DNA of 28,965 nt from a virus (lineage: Duplodnaviria; Caudoviricetes), in IMG/VR virus record IMGVR_UViG_3300032259_000016, positions 1 to 28,965 of that record; one strand, written 5' to 3'. Below are positions 7,687 through 16,533 of the stretch, piece by piece (within the stretch, counting starts at the first letter, position 1; every line of letters begins with the position of its first letter). Both the position numbers and the translations under genes were made by a program. The notes beneath the pieces were generated by a model. The model was given only the letters and a program-made list of their open reading frames with translations. It made no database searches and was not told where the DNA came from.

Positions 7687-7715
7687 AGCATAGCCTGTGC
7701 GGTTTTCCCTGTCAA
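7687..7715 (-). promoter_or_regulatory. Leftward sigma70-type promoter
   Basis: TTGACA (7715-7710), 17-nt spacer, TATGCT (7692-7687). Confidence 0.8.
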
Positions 7716-7722
7716 GCCCTTA

Positions 7723-7753
7723 TTTCACTTTTCTTTCACTTTTCTTTCACTTT
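7723..7753. repeat. Three direct repeats TTTCACTTT with 11-bp period (candidate operator array)
   Basis: Copies at 7723, 7734 and 7745 between the two -35 boxes; inverted AAGTGAAA at 7794. Confidence 0.7.
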
Positions 7754-7758
7754 ATGTC

Positions 7759-7787
7759 TTGACAGGGTTTGAGGGGCTTGGTATTAT
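7759..7787 (+). promoter_or_regulatory. Rightward sigma70-type promoter with extended -10
   Basis: TTGACA (7759-7764), 17-nt spacer ending TGG, TATTAT (7782-7787). Confidence 0.82.
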
Positions 7788-7817
7788 GGGGGCAAGTGAA
7801 AATTAAAGGGAGGGTAC

Positions 7818-8027
7818 ATGAAAAACAAATTACACATAGCATTGAGCCCTCTAACAAATACTATTTTTGCCGGGAAAATATTGAAAAAAGGCATATGGGC
7901 TGCGGGGAAACAAGATGTGACAATGGATGCGCTTATTTCTGTTGCAGAACATGTGAAGGCTTTTGGAAAACCTGTTGAAATTACAGATAGTGAAGGCAAG
8001 TTAATTTATAAAATTATAGTAGAGTAA
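7818..8027 (+). CDS. Small phage hypothetical protein
   Basis: GGGAGGG Shine-Dalgarno; SPLTNTIFAG...W...KQDVT...VAEH pattern recalled from phage early proteins. Confidence 0.8.
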   Translation: MKNKLHIALSPLTNTIFAGKILKKGIWAAGKQDVTMDALISVAEHVKAFGKPVEITDSEGKLIYKIIVE

Positions 8028-8030
8028 TGC

Positions 8031-8309
8031 ACTTAATCACCAGCGTTAGTATAGATGGTATTAATAATTAAGGAGAAGACGACATGGAACATAACCCAGA
8101 GCGTGAAATCAAAGAAATGGACGAAAAAATTGATGAGCTACATAGCGTAGTAAGTGATCTTGGTGGCGCAGTTAAGTCTGAGTTTATTGAAAAGATAGAG
8201 GCTGTCATTGAAGAATGGACTGACTACACCAAAAAATGTATTGAGGGGCTGGTTGAAGCCCTAGAGAATGCAACTGATGACGCCTAACGACTTAATCACC
8301 AGCGTTAGT
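8031..8309 (+). repeat. Identical 20-bp direct repeat ACTTAATCACCAGCGTTAGT at 8031-8050 and 8290-8309
   Basis: Each copy begins 2-3 nt after the stop codon of a small gene. Confidence 0.9.
8084..8287 (+). CDS. Small acidic helical hypothetical protein
   Basis: AAGGAG Shine-Dalgarno; 67 aa, strongly D/E-rich. Confidence 0.75.
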   Translation: MEHNPEREIKEMDEKIDELHSVVSDLGGAVKSEFIEKIEAVIEEWTDYTKKCIEGLVEALENATDDA

Positions 8310-8318
8310 CTGGTTGAT

Positions 8319-8571
8319 GTTATCGAAAATATCAAAGGGAGGGTTATGTTGGAATATTTAGGAATAGCCACTAAGCTTAGTTCTTATGCTGAAAGGCACT
8401 TAGACGGGGAGGACAAAGAAGCTCTAAATTACTATATCCCATGCAAGGCTTACCTTACTGAAGAAAAGGCCGAAATTGACGGAAGCTTTTTGGTTGCTCT
8501 GGAGGGGATGGGAAGCAGGGACGGACTTGTTCATTTAGATATGTTAGTTATCGAAAATATTAAGGGGAGGG
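8319..8571 (+). repeat. 25-bp near-identical repeat GTTATCGAAAATATYAARGGGAGGG at 8319-8343 and 8547-8571
   Basis: Both copies contain the ribosome binding site of the next gene; partial third copy at about 7798-7814. Confidence 0.85.
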
Positions 8572-8576
8572 AATAA
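8346..8576 (+). CDS. Small hypothetical protein (MLEYLGIATK...)
   Basis: ATG 8346 follows GGGAGGG; preferred over the longer start at 8268, which overlaps the previous gene. Confidence 0.65.
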   Translation: MLEYLGIATKLSSYAERHLDGEDKEALNYYIPCKAYLTEEKAEIDGSFLVALEGMGSRDGLVHLDMLVIENIKGRE

Positions 8577-8755
8577 TGCTCAGGGAATTCATGATATATG
8601 CAAGAGGTCTCGGTGATTGGCCTCAAGATATATTTAAAGATGTTGCCTGTAACAAGTATAGGGGTAGTGGGCGAAAAGGCAACGGGCGCAAGAAAAAGAA
8701 GAATATGAATCGTGTAAGCAGATCGACAAAAAGAAAGCACAATAGAAGAGCTTAG
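8576..8755 (+). CDS. 59-aa highly basic protein (not in the ORF track)
   Basis: Read manually: MLREFMIYARGLGDWPQDIFKDVACNKYRGSGRKGNGRKKKKNMNRVSRSTKRKHNRRA; TAATG overlap and GGGAGGG Shine-Dalgarno. Confidence 0.65.
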   Translation: MLREFMIYARGLGDWPQDIFKDVACNKYRGSGRKGNGRKKKKNMNRVSRSTKRKHNRRA

Positions 8756-8825
8756 GTGGTTGAAATAATACAAGCAGCAAATCAATTAACGTGGCCGGGT
8801 GCATTTGCCCTATGATGTAGGACTT

Positions 8826-9146
8826 CTATTCCTCTTTTTTCAGCGTTTCAATCATGCTCTTTAGCTGACTAAACTGCTGCCTTGATAGCTTTGGCTCCCC
8901 TTCTGCCTCATGTTCTATCTCGCTTTCTTTTAGTATATTGTCAAGCTCGGCACCCCTGTTTTTAAGCCTTCGCCCTTTGATGTTTACCCATATCAATATC
9001 AAGGCTGAAACCGTTGTTGCAATGGCCAGAATGTCGGGCAACCATCCCATCACTGCCGTTACTCCTGAAGCAAGAGAATAGAGATATAGTAATCCTTGGT
9101 TTGACTGTCCTATGTGCTGCCCTGCTGCGGCAATAGTCTCTTTCAT
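8826..9146 (-). CDS. Small membrane protein, possible holin
   Basis: One to two hydrophobic segments then a charged tail; last gene of the structural operon; GGAGG and ATGA overlap. Confidence 0.55.
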   Translation of the reverse strand: MKETIAAAGQHIGQSNQGLLYLYSLASGVTAVMGWLPDILAIATTVSALILIWVNIKGRRLKNRGAELDNILKESEIEHEAEGEPKLSRQQFSQLKSMIETLKKEE

Positions 9147-12100
9147 TTTACCTCTCCAGACTTTAGTTTATTCAAATGATAGAAGAACATTTTACCTTTA
9201 AAGCCAGGAACTTTATCCCTCATTTTTTCCAGTTCCTTACGCTCTTTAGTGTCTGACAATTTCCACCTACCCCAATATATTTGCGCTCTGGCTTTAGGGG
9301 AAGAATAGAGAAGGTCAACCCAAAACTTACGCTCTGGGATATCCTTGAGACGTTCATGTGTCATAAACCGCCTCATGAGCCTTCTTCTCTCAATCGGAGG
9401 TTGTGTCAAGACATACTTCTTTACGTCCTTCTTGCTCACATCTCCATCAAAGTACTTCTGGGTGTAATTATCAAAGTCCCTTGTTACTATGTGCCTCTCG
9501 GTTCTTGCCTCAACGTCAGCTTTTTCAATATCCTTGCCATACTTATAGTAAGGATCTGTGCTTCTTACTATTTTCCTGATAAAAGGCTTTTTAAGTATGA
9601 CCTCTTCCGTTACGAGATTCTTGTCTTTATCGTCAAGCCCTTTAAGCACAGCTTGCGTTCCACCACCAACAAGGGACGTCCATATGTTCCCGTATGTAAA
9701 GTACTGCTGTAGGGCGCTTTTGAGCCTTACAGGTGACATTCCGGTTGCCTTGCCTGCCTTCTTGAACGCTTCTGGTGTATATTTGGTATATTCTTCTTCC
9801 GGCTTAACCTTTGGACCTCTCCAGATATCCTCATTAAACCAGAAATCCTTATTTGCAGAATAGCCAAGAATTGCCTCAACCGTGGGAGGTAAATTTGTTG
9901 GAGAAAAGGGAATGAAGTCTTTTGCTGCCATAGTGACCTGATCTGCATTGACCTCATCACCTATGGATTTGGCTGCTGCTGCTTCTGCTATTGAAGCAAA
10001 TACCCTTTGTCCCTGATCCTTGGCAATCTTGAAGTAGATGTGTCTTTTAGTTCCGGTCTTATCAAGGTAGCTGTATGGAGTTGTGATTATCCAGTTGTTT
10101 GTTTTGTCCCTGTCTGGAATTTCATCCCAAGCATCAGGATTAAGCAGGCTGTTTGCAAGGTAAAGCATAGTAGCAATGCCGCCAACTTGAACAACCTTGG
10201 CAGTTAATAACTTTGGATTGGTAATTCCTGCCCTGGCAATACCTCTTGTAGCCTGTATTCCGGCATTAAGATATGGCAATGCTGAATCAGCCGCCTTTGC
10301 AAGATTGCCGCCCTGAGTAAAGTCAAGATAGTTTCTTGCAATAATTGTTGCCTGTTCAGGTGTAGCACCATTTTTAATGGCTCTTCTTCTCAATGCAAGG
10401 CGTGTCATGATCTCGGAAGTGGTTCCCGTGTAGCCCATTACGGACTGTATCTGTCCTGCTTTTCCTTTTAATTTTGAAGTGAGGCGACCTTGTAGAGTCA
10501 TCCATTCCATGCCTCCACCTTCGTTTATGTAATCGTCATAAGGGCCTTCTCTATTAAATGTTGCTTCTAGTACGGCCTTTAAGTCGCCCCCCGCAAGTAC
10601 ACTTTGAACGCCCTTAGCGGGATGCACTCCGGTAGCAGATGGTAATATTTGAGCCATATCTATTGCCATTTGCCCTATTGCTTTAGGAAGGTAAGGACTA
10701 TATTCTTCGGTTGACATCCATATGAGGGCAATGTCTCTGGGGATATTCGTGAAAGCAAATTCAGGATTCAATCCGGTTGCCATCGGCTTTAATATCTTGG
10801 TTCCCGATAACCACTGGATTGCTTGCGCCTGAGACTGTAATAAAATAGGATCTTTAAATATCCACTCACTAGCAAACTCTTCAGGCATTATCAGTTCTTT
10901 ATGCTTGCCATCGACCATAACGCTGATCTTTGCCCATCCACGAGGGGCAGTCTGGAAAACTGGCTTACCGTCTTTTGTGGTCTTAATTATCTTGGCTTTT
11001 CTCACCATCCCGTTATCAGGTTGGTTTTCAGCCAAATCCCATAGTGCCTGATTTGCTCTATTTTTAAATATCCTTGATTGAGTCCGGTTAATAACCTGGC
11101 TAAGAAGAAGAGAACTATCGCTCTCAACAAGCTTTTCAGTACCTTCCTCGGAAAGCTTCTTTATTCCACTGTCCGGGACCGTTATTGTTTTCCCACCTTC
11201 AAAAGCTGTTGTCATGGGGTCAATATAGTCGAGAACAACACGAGGGGAGTAATAGCGCCCTACCTTCCTGAGTCCTGCCAGTTGTTTATCTGTCAGAAGC
11301 CCATTGTCCTTAAGTTCCTGAAGCTGTTCATCCATTGTTTTCCAATAGACTTCAGCTCTCTTTTTTATCTCTGTAATTGTTTCAGAAGGTATGGCGTCAA
11401 TAAGGGCTTGCATATCGGCCTTAGTCGCACCTCCAGGCATTTTAAAGTCCGGCTTATATGAAGCTATTTCGATATGTCTCTTTGCATAAATATACTGGTC
11501 AAGGTAATCATGTTGTGCCTCTGTGAGCTTCCCATAGATTTCTTTTTCTATTTTATCGGTCATCCTTAGAGCTTTTGAATGAGCGCCGCCATGAGCAATG
11601 TGACGCATAACCGCCTTTTTACCTTCGGGGCCAAGCTTATTAAGAGCGCTTTTTACATTCCCGGATACATCGACAAGGGAAGTCTTAAGCCCCCTGAAGG
11701 TCTGCTTGAGTGTTCGCTTCTTTTTTTCCAAAGAAGTTTCTCTTGCTTCCTTCAGGTCATCATATACCTTGCCTGCCCTGCCTTCTGGACGGGGAGCACG
11801 AGAGAAAAGAGGAGCTTCGTCTACTTTCTCTGTTGGAGTGGATTTAACAGCCTTCCTTTTTTTAGCTACTTTCTTCCCTTCTCCTTCTTTGACAAACTTA
11901 ACCGCATCAGCAATCATATTCTTAACATCATTATCGGAAAGCTTAACATTGAGACCCATCTTCTTGAGCCACTTCCTGATTACTGCAATAACCTTCTGAA
12001 TGAGGGTAGGGTCTGTGCCATTCTGTGCCATCCGTGCAAGAACTTCCTCCGCTGCTTCCTGTTTACCCTGTGCTGTCTTCGTATCAATGCCGTACTCTTC

Positions 12101-13534
12101 TGCAATGGCGTCAGCTTCTTTCCTATACTTCCGGTATGCCTCATTAAGTACAGGCTTGATCTCGCTTCCAAGTGTTCCGCTCAGCCCGTAATGCCCCAAA
12201 GTCTCATGAAAGACAACATCAACTATCTTTTCAGTAGAGGAAATATTATCAGCTATCAGATAAACCGATTGGCTTTTTGGGTCAAAGAGTCCTTCTACTT
12301 TGCCCTCTCCTTTTGATGCAGCGATATATTTACCCAAGTGAGGGGGTAGCTCATCAATATTCTGAACCGTCTTTATTTCAGGTTTATTTGTCCATTTATT
12401 TGTGACGATATCCGCAAAGGATTGAACGTCATCAATGGAAAATTTTTCGGCTTCCGGGGCTTGAGCTTCTTTGAATATTGAACCTACTTCCAAGGGTTTT
12501 TTCTTTTCTCCTTTCTGCGCTTTGGTATAAAGGAGACGGGGGGAAGAATCGCCATCACCTGTAGGGGTCCGTCCTTCATATTCAACTGTCCTTGGCTCAA
12601 CAACAAGTTCTGCTTCGGGTAGTTCTTCGCCAAACTCCGTTGCCAGCTCATCCAGTGTTGGGGCTTCATCAGCGGGGAGAGTGTCTACAGCATCAGGCGC
12701 TACCTCTGCTCCCTCGTAAGGGTCTATGATCTCCTGTTGTGGGGCTGGCGTAGGTTCTGGCTGGCTTTTTTCCTGAAGGGCATGAAGGGGCTGCACAAGA
12801 GTAGTTGCACCAACCGTAGTCAATCCTGCCACTGCTGCGGTATCAATTAACGCTTGCCATAGTTGCTCGTCAGTGTACTTCTTTCCAAGTAACTGTTCAT
12901 CAATGCCCTTCATCTCTGTATAGGTAGCGAGTAATTCCCCCGGTATATCGGCAATAACGCCTTGGGCAAGTCTGGTAATGAACTTTTTCCCCGGCGCAAG
13001 CAATAGCCCTACCGGTATTTTTTCTGTAAGGTATTCGGTAGCTGCCTGTGCTCCTGCTGCCGTGACAGCCGTTCCCATGCTATACCCTTCGTCAAGAGCT
13101 TCTGCACCCTTTTCCGCTCCTGCACGGCCTGCAAGCAAAGCAAGGACAGCCTTGCCCCTACCTACCGCTCCAGTGGTTGCCATCTCTGCAATACTTCTCG
13201 TAGCCTGTCCTGCATACTGCTTACCTTTTGAGGATACTTTGGGTTCCCAATATTTTTCAGCAGGCTTGACATAATCTTTTCTGAAACCACTTTCAGGCAT
13301 ATCAAGGGCCTTCCTGATCATGTGTCCACCTTCAGATACAATTTTAGGAATTGCAAGAGCGCCCTGCATTGCCCCTTTGCCAATTACTTCAAGATAGGAA
13401 TCTTCTTCAGGAACCTCACCCTTAGACAACGAGGCATCAAAAGGATCTACGATACCCGATGATTCAAAGGGGTCTATTATCCCTCCTGCCCCTATCTGCG
13501 GTGGCTGCTTATCAAATGGGTCTACAATTGCCAT
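9143..13534 (-). CDS. Large internal virion/DNA ejection polyvalent protein with zincin-like metallopeptidase and LPD38-like C-terminal domain
   Basis: 1463 aa; GLFDP...VYLIADNI...FHETLGHYGL...AEEVLA; C-terminal WDEIPDRDKTNNWII...YFKIAK...NKDFW...SPVRL; position at the end of the ejection genes. Confidence 0.75.
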   Translation of the reverse strand: MAIVDPFDKQPPQIGAGGIIDPFESSGIVDPFDASLSKGEVPEEDSYLEVIGKGAMQGALAIPKIVSEGGHMIRKALDMPESGFRKDYVKPAEKYWEPKVSSKGKQYAGQATRSIAEMATTGAVGRGKAVLALLAGRAGAEKGAEALDEGYSMGTAVTAAGAQAATEYLTEKIPVGLLLAPGKKFITRLAQGVIADIPGELLATYTEMKGIDEQLLGKKYTDEQLWQALIDTAAVAGLTTVGATTLVQPLHALQEKSQPEPTPAPQQEIIDPYEGAEVAPDAVDTLPADEAPTLDELATEFGEELPEAELVVEPRTVEYEGRTPTGDGDSSPRLLYTKAQKGEKKKPLEVGSIFKEAQAPEAEKFSIDDVQSFADIVTNKWTNKPEIKTVQNIDELPPHLGKYIAASKGEGKVEGLFDPKSQSVYLIADNISSTEKIVDVVFHETLGHYGLSGTLGSEIKPVLNEAYRKYRKEADAIAEEYGIDTKTAQGKQEAAEEVLARMAQNGTDPTLIQKVIAVIRKWLKKMGLNVKLSDNDVKNMIADAVKFVKEGEGKKVAKKRKAVKSTPTEKVDEAPLFSRAPRPEGRAGKVYDDLKEARETSLEKKKRTLKQTFRGLKTSLVDVSGNVKSALNKLGPEGKKAVMRHIAHGGAHSKALRMTDKIEKEIYGKLTEAQHDYLDQYIYAKRHIEIASYKPDFKMPGGATKADMQALIDAIPSETITEIKKRAEVYWKTMDEQLQELKDNGLLTDKQLAGLRKVGRYYSPRVVLDYIDPMTTAFEGGKTITVPDSGIKKLSEEGTEKLVESDSSLLLSQVINRTQSRIFKNRANQALWDLAENQPDNGMVRKAKIIKTTKDGKPVFQTAPRGWAKISVMVDGKHKELIMPEEFASEWIFKDPILLQSQAQAIQWLSGTKILKPMATGLNPEFAFTNIPRDIALIWMSTEEYSPYLPKAIGQMAIDMAQILPSATGVHPAKGVQSVLAGGDLKAVLEATFNREGPYDDYINEGGGMEWMTLQGRLTSKLKGKAGQIQSVMGYTGTTSEIMTRLALRRRAIKNGATPEQATIIARNYLDFTQGGNLAKAADSALPYLNAGIQATRGIARAGITNPKLLTAKVVQVGGIATMLYLANSLLNPDAWDEIPDRDKTNNWIITTPYSYLDKTGTKRHIYFKIAKDQGQRVFASIAEAAAAKSIGDEVNADQVTMAAKDFIPFSPTNLPPTVEAILGYSANKDFWFNEDIWRGPKVKPEEEYTKYTPEAFKKAGKATGMSPVRLKSALQQYFTYGNIWTSLVGGGTQAVLKGLDDKDKNLVTEEVILKKPFIRKIVRSTDPYYKYGKDIEKADVEARTERHIVTRDFDNYTQKYFDGDVSKKDVKKYVLTQPPIERRRLMRRFMTHERLKDIPERKFWVDLLYSSPKARAQIYWGRWKLSDTKERKELEKMRDKVPGFKGKMFFYHLNKLKSGEVK

Positions 13535-14466
13535 TATCTGCCGTATTTATCTTGGTAGTACTGTTTCAAGGAATCAATACTTGCCCCCGGATTTGCCTTG
13601 GTAGCTGCCGCAAGCCATGTGTCAGGATGAGGAGGGGCTTGGATTCTCCCATCACCTGTTTGCTGTCCGCTGTCAACACTGGGCGCTGCTGATTCTGGTT
13701 GCCGTGCTTCTCTGACCTGATCAATTGCAAGTTGCCCTATCCTTTGAGCCGTTGCCGTGGGATTATCCTTTATCAGGTCGTCAATGAGCAATGTTGCTGC
13801 TGCTGCTGTTTCCTTGTCAAGCTGATAGGTCATGCCGTATTCATCTGGCTCTCTTAGAAGTTTGTCCATGTAAGCAAAGGCCGCTTTCCCTTTGCCCTGA
13901 ACACTATCTCCTGCCCCACCTCCTGAACCACTGCCAGGACTCCACCTATCCCCTGTCGTACTGCTTATGGCCTTATCTCCTTGGTAGAGAGTGTCGGTCT
14001 GCTTACCGCCTTTAACGGTGCTCACCTTCTTGGGCGCACCCTTTGGGCCTACGGGAATCAAGCTTTTTGTGTCTTTGTCAAGCACTGCAACCTGTCCATC
14101 TGCAAGAGTAACAATAACTTTATTGTCCTCAGTTTTACCGCTAAACTGCATCCCCTCAAATGACTTAAAAGCCGGGTCTGATGACACATAGCGGTTCAAC
14201 ATATCGTTGCCTGCTTGAGGGTCAAACTTGGCTATCTCAACAATCCTGTTCATTGTTTTATCCAGCCTTGCGCTTTCTCCTTGTCGCCGTAAAGCTGCTG
14301 TACCCATCCTGCCGGTTTCTTTATCGAACCGTCCTGCTGCCCCAACCTCTTTCCCTAGTGCTCCATAAATGAAAGGCTTGGCATATCCTGAACCTTCGGC
14401 AATACCTGAGAGCGCGCTGATATTTCTTTCATGTGGATTTCTTCTTAGTAGATTAGTCCCTGCCAT
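13534..14466 (-). CDS. Putative internal virion (ejection) protein
   Basis: G/A/Q-rich 310-aa ORF between two other ejection-type genes; AGGAGG Shine-Dalgarno. Confidence 0.6.
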   Translation of the reverse strand: MAGTNLLRRNPHERNISALSGIAEGSGYAKPFIYGALGKEVGAAGRFDKETGRMGTAALRRQGESARLDKTMNRIVEIAKFDPQAGNDMLNRYVSSDPAFKSFEGMQFSGKTEDNKVIVTLADGQVAVLDKDTKSLIPVGPKGAPKKVSTVKGGKQTDTLYQGDKAISSTTGDRWSPGSGSGGGAGDSVQGKGKAAFAYMDKLLREPDEYGMTYQLDKETAAAATLLIDDLIKDNPTATAQRIGQLAIDQVREARQPESAAPSVDSGQQTGDGRIQAPPHPDTWLAAATKANPGASIDSLKQYYQDKYGR

Positions 14467-14477
14467 GTCAAACCTCC

Positions 14478-15560
14478 TTATCTTGCGGCACTTGCATAAA
14501 TATCGTTTATGTTGACAGTGGAAGAACTATCGTTACCGCCTCCACCATACCCATAGAGAAAAGCTAATCCTGCTGCCGTATTGCTGATATTTGCCGTTCT
14601 TTGATTATTAAGCTGACTCAAAGCAAGCGCATTGCTTGTATTTTGGTTTTTGGCATTTTGAAGTAGTGCAGTTCCTCCAATTGCTGCTTGGGTAGATGCG
14701 CTTGATTGGTTTAGGTTCTGCGCTAAGTCTGCCCTTCCTCCTGCATCAAGGTAGGACAACGTGCCTAACCACTCCGCCTTATCTCTTGACGCAAGATCAT
14801 GCTTGGCAAGAGTGGCCTGTCTGGAAATATCAACGTCTGCCTCTTTACGGTTCTTGTCGATCTCAGAAATAGTATCTACGTAGGCTCTTGACCCAAACAT
14901 TCCTCTCCTGTTTAAGTCTTCACTCCGGGAACGCTCCTGCTTGTCAAACCTTTCATCAACCCCTTTATGGAGTTCATCGGAAAAGGTTTTGGCGTACTCT
15001 TCATAGGCAAGCAATCTATCTTCTGGCGTCTCGGAGAGATTACCAAGAAGAGTCTGCTTCATGCTATCCCGTAGGTCCCTGTCTGCTACTTTTGCATCAT
15101 ACCTTGTCTGCCAGGTTGTGTGCTTTTCCAAGTAATCCTGGTATTCAGGGTCATTTTGTAATATTTCTGCTCTTTCAGGTGATTCCAGCCATGCAGCGTC
15201 CCTTTCGGCCTTCCAGTCTGTTTTCTCATCTGCAAGAGTACGCTGTGCGCCGCCCCTGTACCCGTACCTAAGCGACAAGCTAGTGCCAGCACTTGGCTTG
15301 AATGGCATAAAATCATCAGGAATGGGTGGCTCTGATGATGCAGGTGGTCGTGGCTCTGGGTCTATCCTTGACTCATAGTTCCCTGTTTCCTCATTAAAGA
15401 CAACCTCTGAAATCAAGTTACCAAATTCATCGTAAGTTAACTGCCCTGCTGTTTCTGGTGCGCCTCCACCACCCTTAAGAGCATCTTTGGCGTCATCATA
15501 ATTTCGCTCACCAGCATAAATACTGTATGCTGTCCCAACTGCTGCCACTGCCCATGACAT
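14478..15560 (-). CDS. Putative internal virion/pilot protein
   Basis: Hydrophobic MSWAVAAVGTAYS N-terminus, LNRRGMFGS motif, helical A/Q/N-rich C-terminus; follows the GNAT gene as in many podoviruses. Confidence 0.62.
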   Translation of the reverse strand: MSWAVAAVGTAYSIYAGERNYDDAKDALKGGGGAPETAGQLTYDEFGNLISEVVFNEETGNYESRIDPEPRPPASSEPPIPDDFMPFKPSAGTSLSLRYGYRGGAQRTLADEKTDWKAERDAAWLESPERAEILQNDPEYQDYLEKHTTWQTRYDAKVADRDLRDSMKQTLLGNLSETPEDRLLAYEEYAKTFSDELHKGVDERFDKQERSRSEDLNRRGMFGSRAYVDTISEIDKNRKEADVDISRQATLAKHDLASRDKAEWLGTLSYLDAGGRADLAQNLNQSSASTQAAIGGTALLQNAKNQNTSNALALSQLNNQRTANISNTAAGLAFLYGYGGGGNDSSSTVNINDIYASAAR

Positions 15561-15562
15561 AA

Positions 15563-15985
15563 TTAATCCCTCCTCATGACTGTTCTTACCGTTTTAAATC
15601 CGGCTCTTTCCCAGAATCTTTTTTTGTTATCAGAGCACTGCGTTTCCACAACCGTAATTCCTTTTTTTTTGAATCGTTGGTCATTTGCTCTGTAGAGGTT
15701 ATCAGATACTACAGAGTTTCTATATTCGGGCATCACGTAGAAGTGAAACCCAAGTGCAACTACTTCACCTTTAACCGGGTCATCATGGATAAATCCATCA
15801 CAAAAACCTATGACCGCTCCATGGTCCACTGCTACGGTTAACAAATATCTTCCGGTTTCCATCAACCCATTTGACTGAGTTTTCCACCAATCAACATTGG
15901 GCTTTGCTTCAGGCTCTAACTCTTTCACCATGGCAAGCCATAGGTGGACTACATCATCAGGCGATTTATCTGTTAGATATTCCAT
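15563..15985 (-). CDS. GNAT-family acetyltransferase-like protein
   Basis: VAVDHGAVIGF, FYVMPEYRNS and RFWERAGFK motifs; ATG 15985 lies 2 nt after the upstream stop. Confidence 0.85.
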   Translation of the reverse strand: MEYLTDKSPDDVVHLWLAMVKELEPEAKPNVDWWKTQSNGLMETGRYLLTVAVDHGAVIGFCDGFIHDDPVKGEVVALGFHFYVMPEYRNSVVSDNLYRANDQRFKKKGITVVETQCSDNKKRFWERAGFKTVRTVMRRD

Positions 15986-15987
15986 AT

Positions 15988-16533
15988 CTACCACTTAACC
16001 CAATAGATAGTGGTGTTAGAAGCTGAGTATATTCGTGCTGTAACGGAAGTCCCGTCGGCATAGAACATGCTGCCATTGAGGGTTAGGGTGCTCCTTCGCC
16101 AGCCGCCGGAATTGATTTCTACCCTTGCATAGCCTCCCAAGTCCACCATCATATACAAGCCTTTTGTTGGGTACCAATAGCCACCCCCGCTTATAAAATA
16201 ACTACCGCTACCGGATGAAGCAGTTATTTTTTGACCTGTCACAGTGCCATTATCAATATCAATGGCATTGGCTGCATCATCCATTATCAGCTGATGGCTT
16301 GTGCTGTCAATATATCCGAACCGCACCCATGCGGTGTTGTCTGCTCTTCTCATATAGGCAACATTGGGCGTTGCTCCCGTATCAATCTTTATCTGAAAAG
16401 GGTACATCGTGGAAGGGTCGCCAGCGCCGCTGCTAAGACTGGCCAGTGCTTGCAGTGAAGCATTGACTTCTGCCCTGAAAGTTACCCCTGTATTTGCATC
16501 ACTTGGTGTAATGTCGAAATCTTTTTGACTCAT
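15988..16533 (-). CDS. Short tail fibre/fibre-anchor protein
   Basis: MSQKDFDI...FRAEVNASLQALAS.SSG...PSTMYPFQ...NTAWV resembles a phage fibre attachment domain; small aromatic/Gly-rich C-terminal domain. Confidence 0.6.
   Translation of the reverse strand: MSQKDFDITPSDANTGVTFRAEVNASLQALASLSSGAGDPSTMYPFQIKIDTGATPNVAYMRRADNTAWVRFGYIDSTSHQLIMDDAANAIDIDNGTVTGQKITASSGSGSYFISGGGYWYPTKGLYMMVDLGGYARVEINSGGWRRSTLTLNGSMFYADGTSVTARIYSASNTTIYWVKW

Noticed and set aside
8031-8571. Repeats as a CRISPR or mini-array
   Set aside because: Only two copies of each, separated by whole genes of over 200 bp; no cas genes
8531-8785. Minus-strand 84-aa ORF
   Set aside because: Overlaps a plus-strand 59-aa ORF that has a clear RBS and translational coupling
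8756-8825. Terminator between the convergent operons
   Set aside because: Only a weak GGGTG/TGCCC pairing without a U-tract
11579-12316. 245-aa plus-strand ORF and other plus-strand ORFs over the structural operon
   Set aside because: Antisense to well-supported genes, with F/L/S-rich shadow composition
15988-16533. Diversity-generating retroelement target in the fibre or LamG gene
   Set aside because: No reverse transcriptase and no template/variable repeat pair noticed in the window
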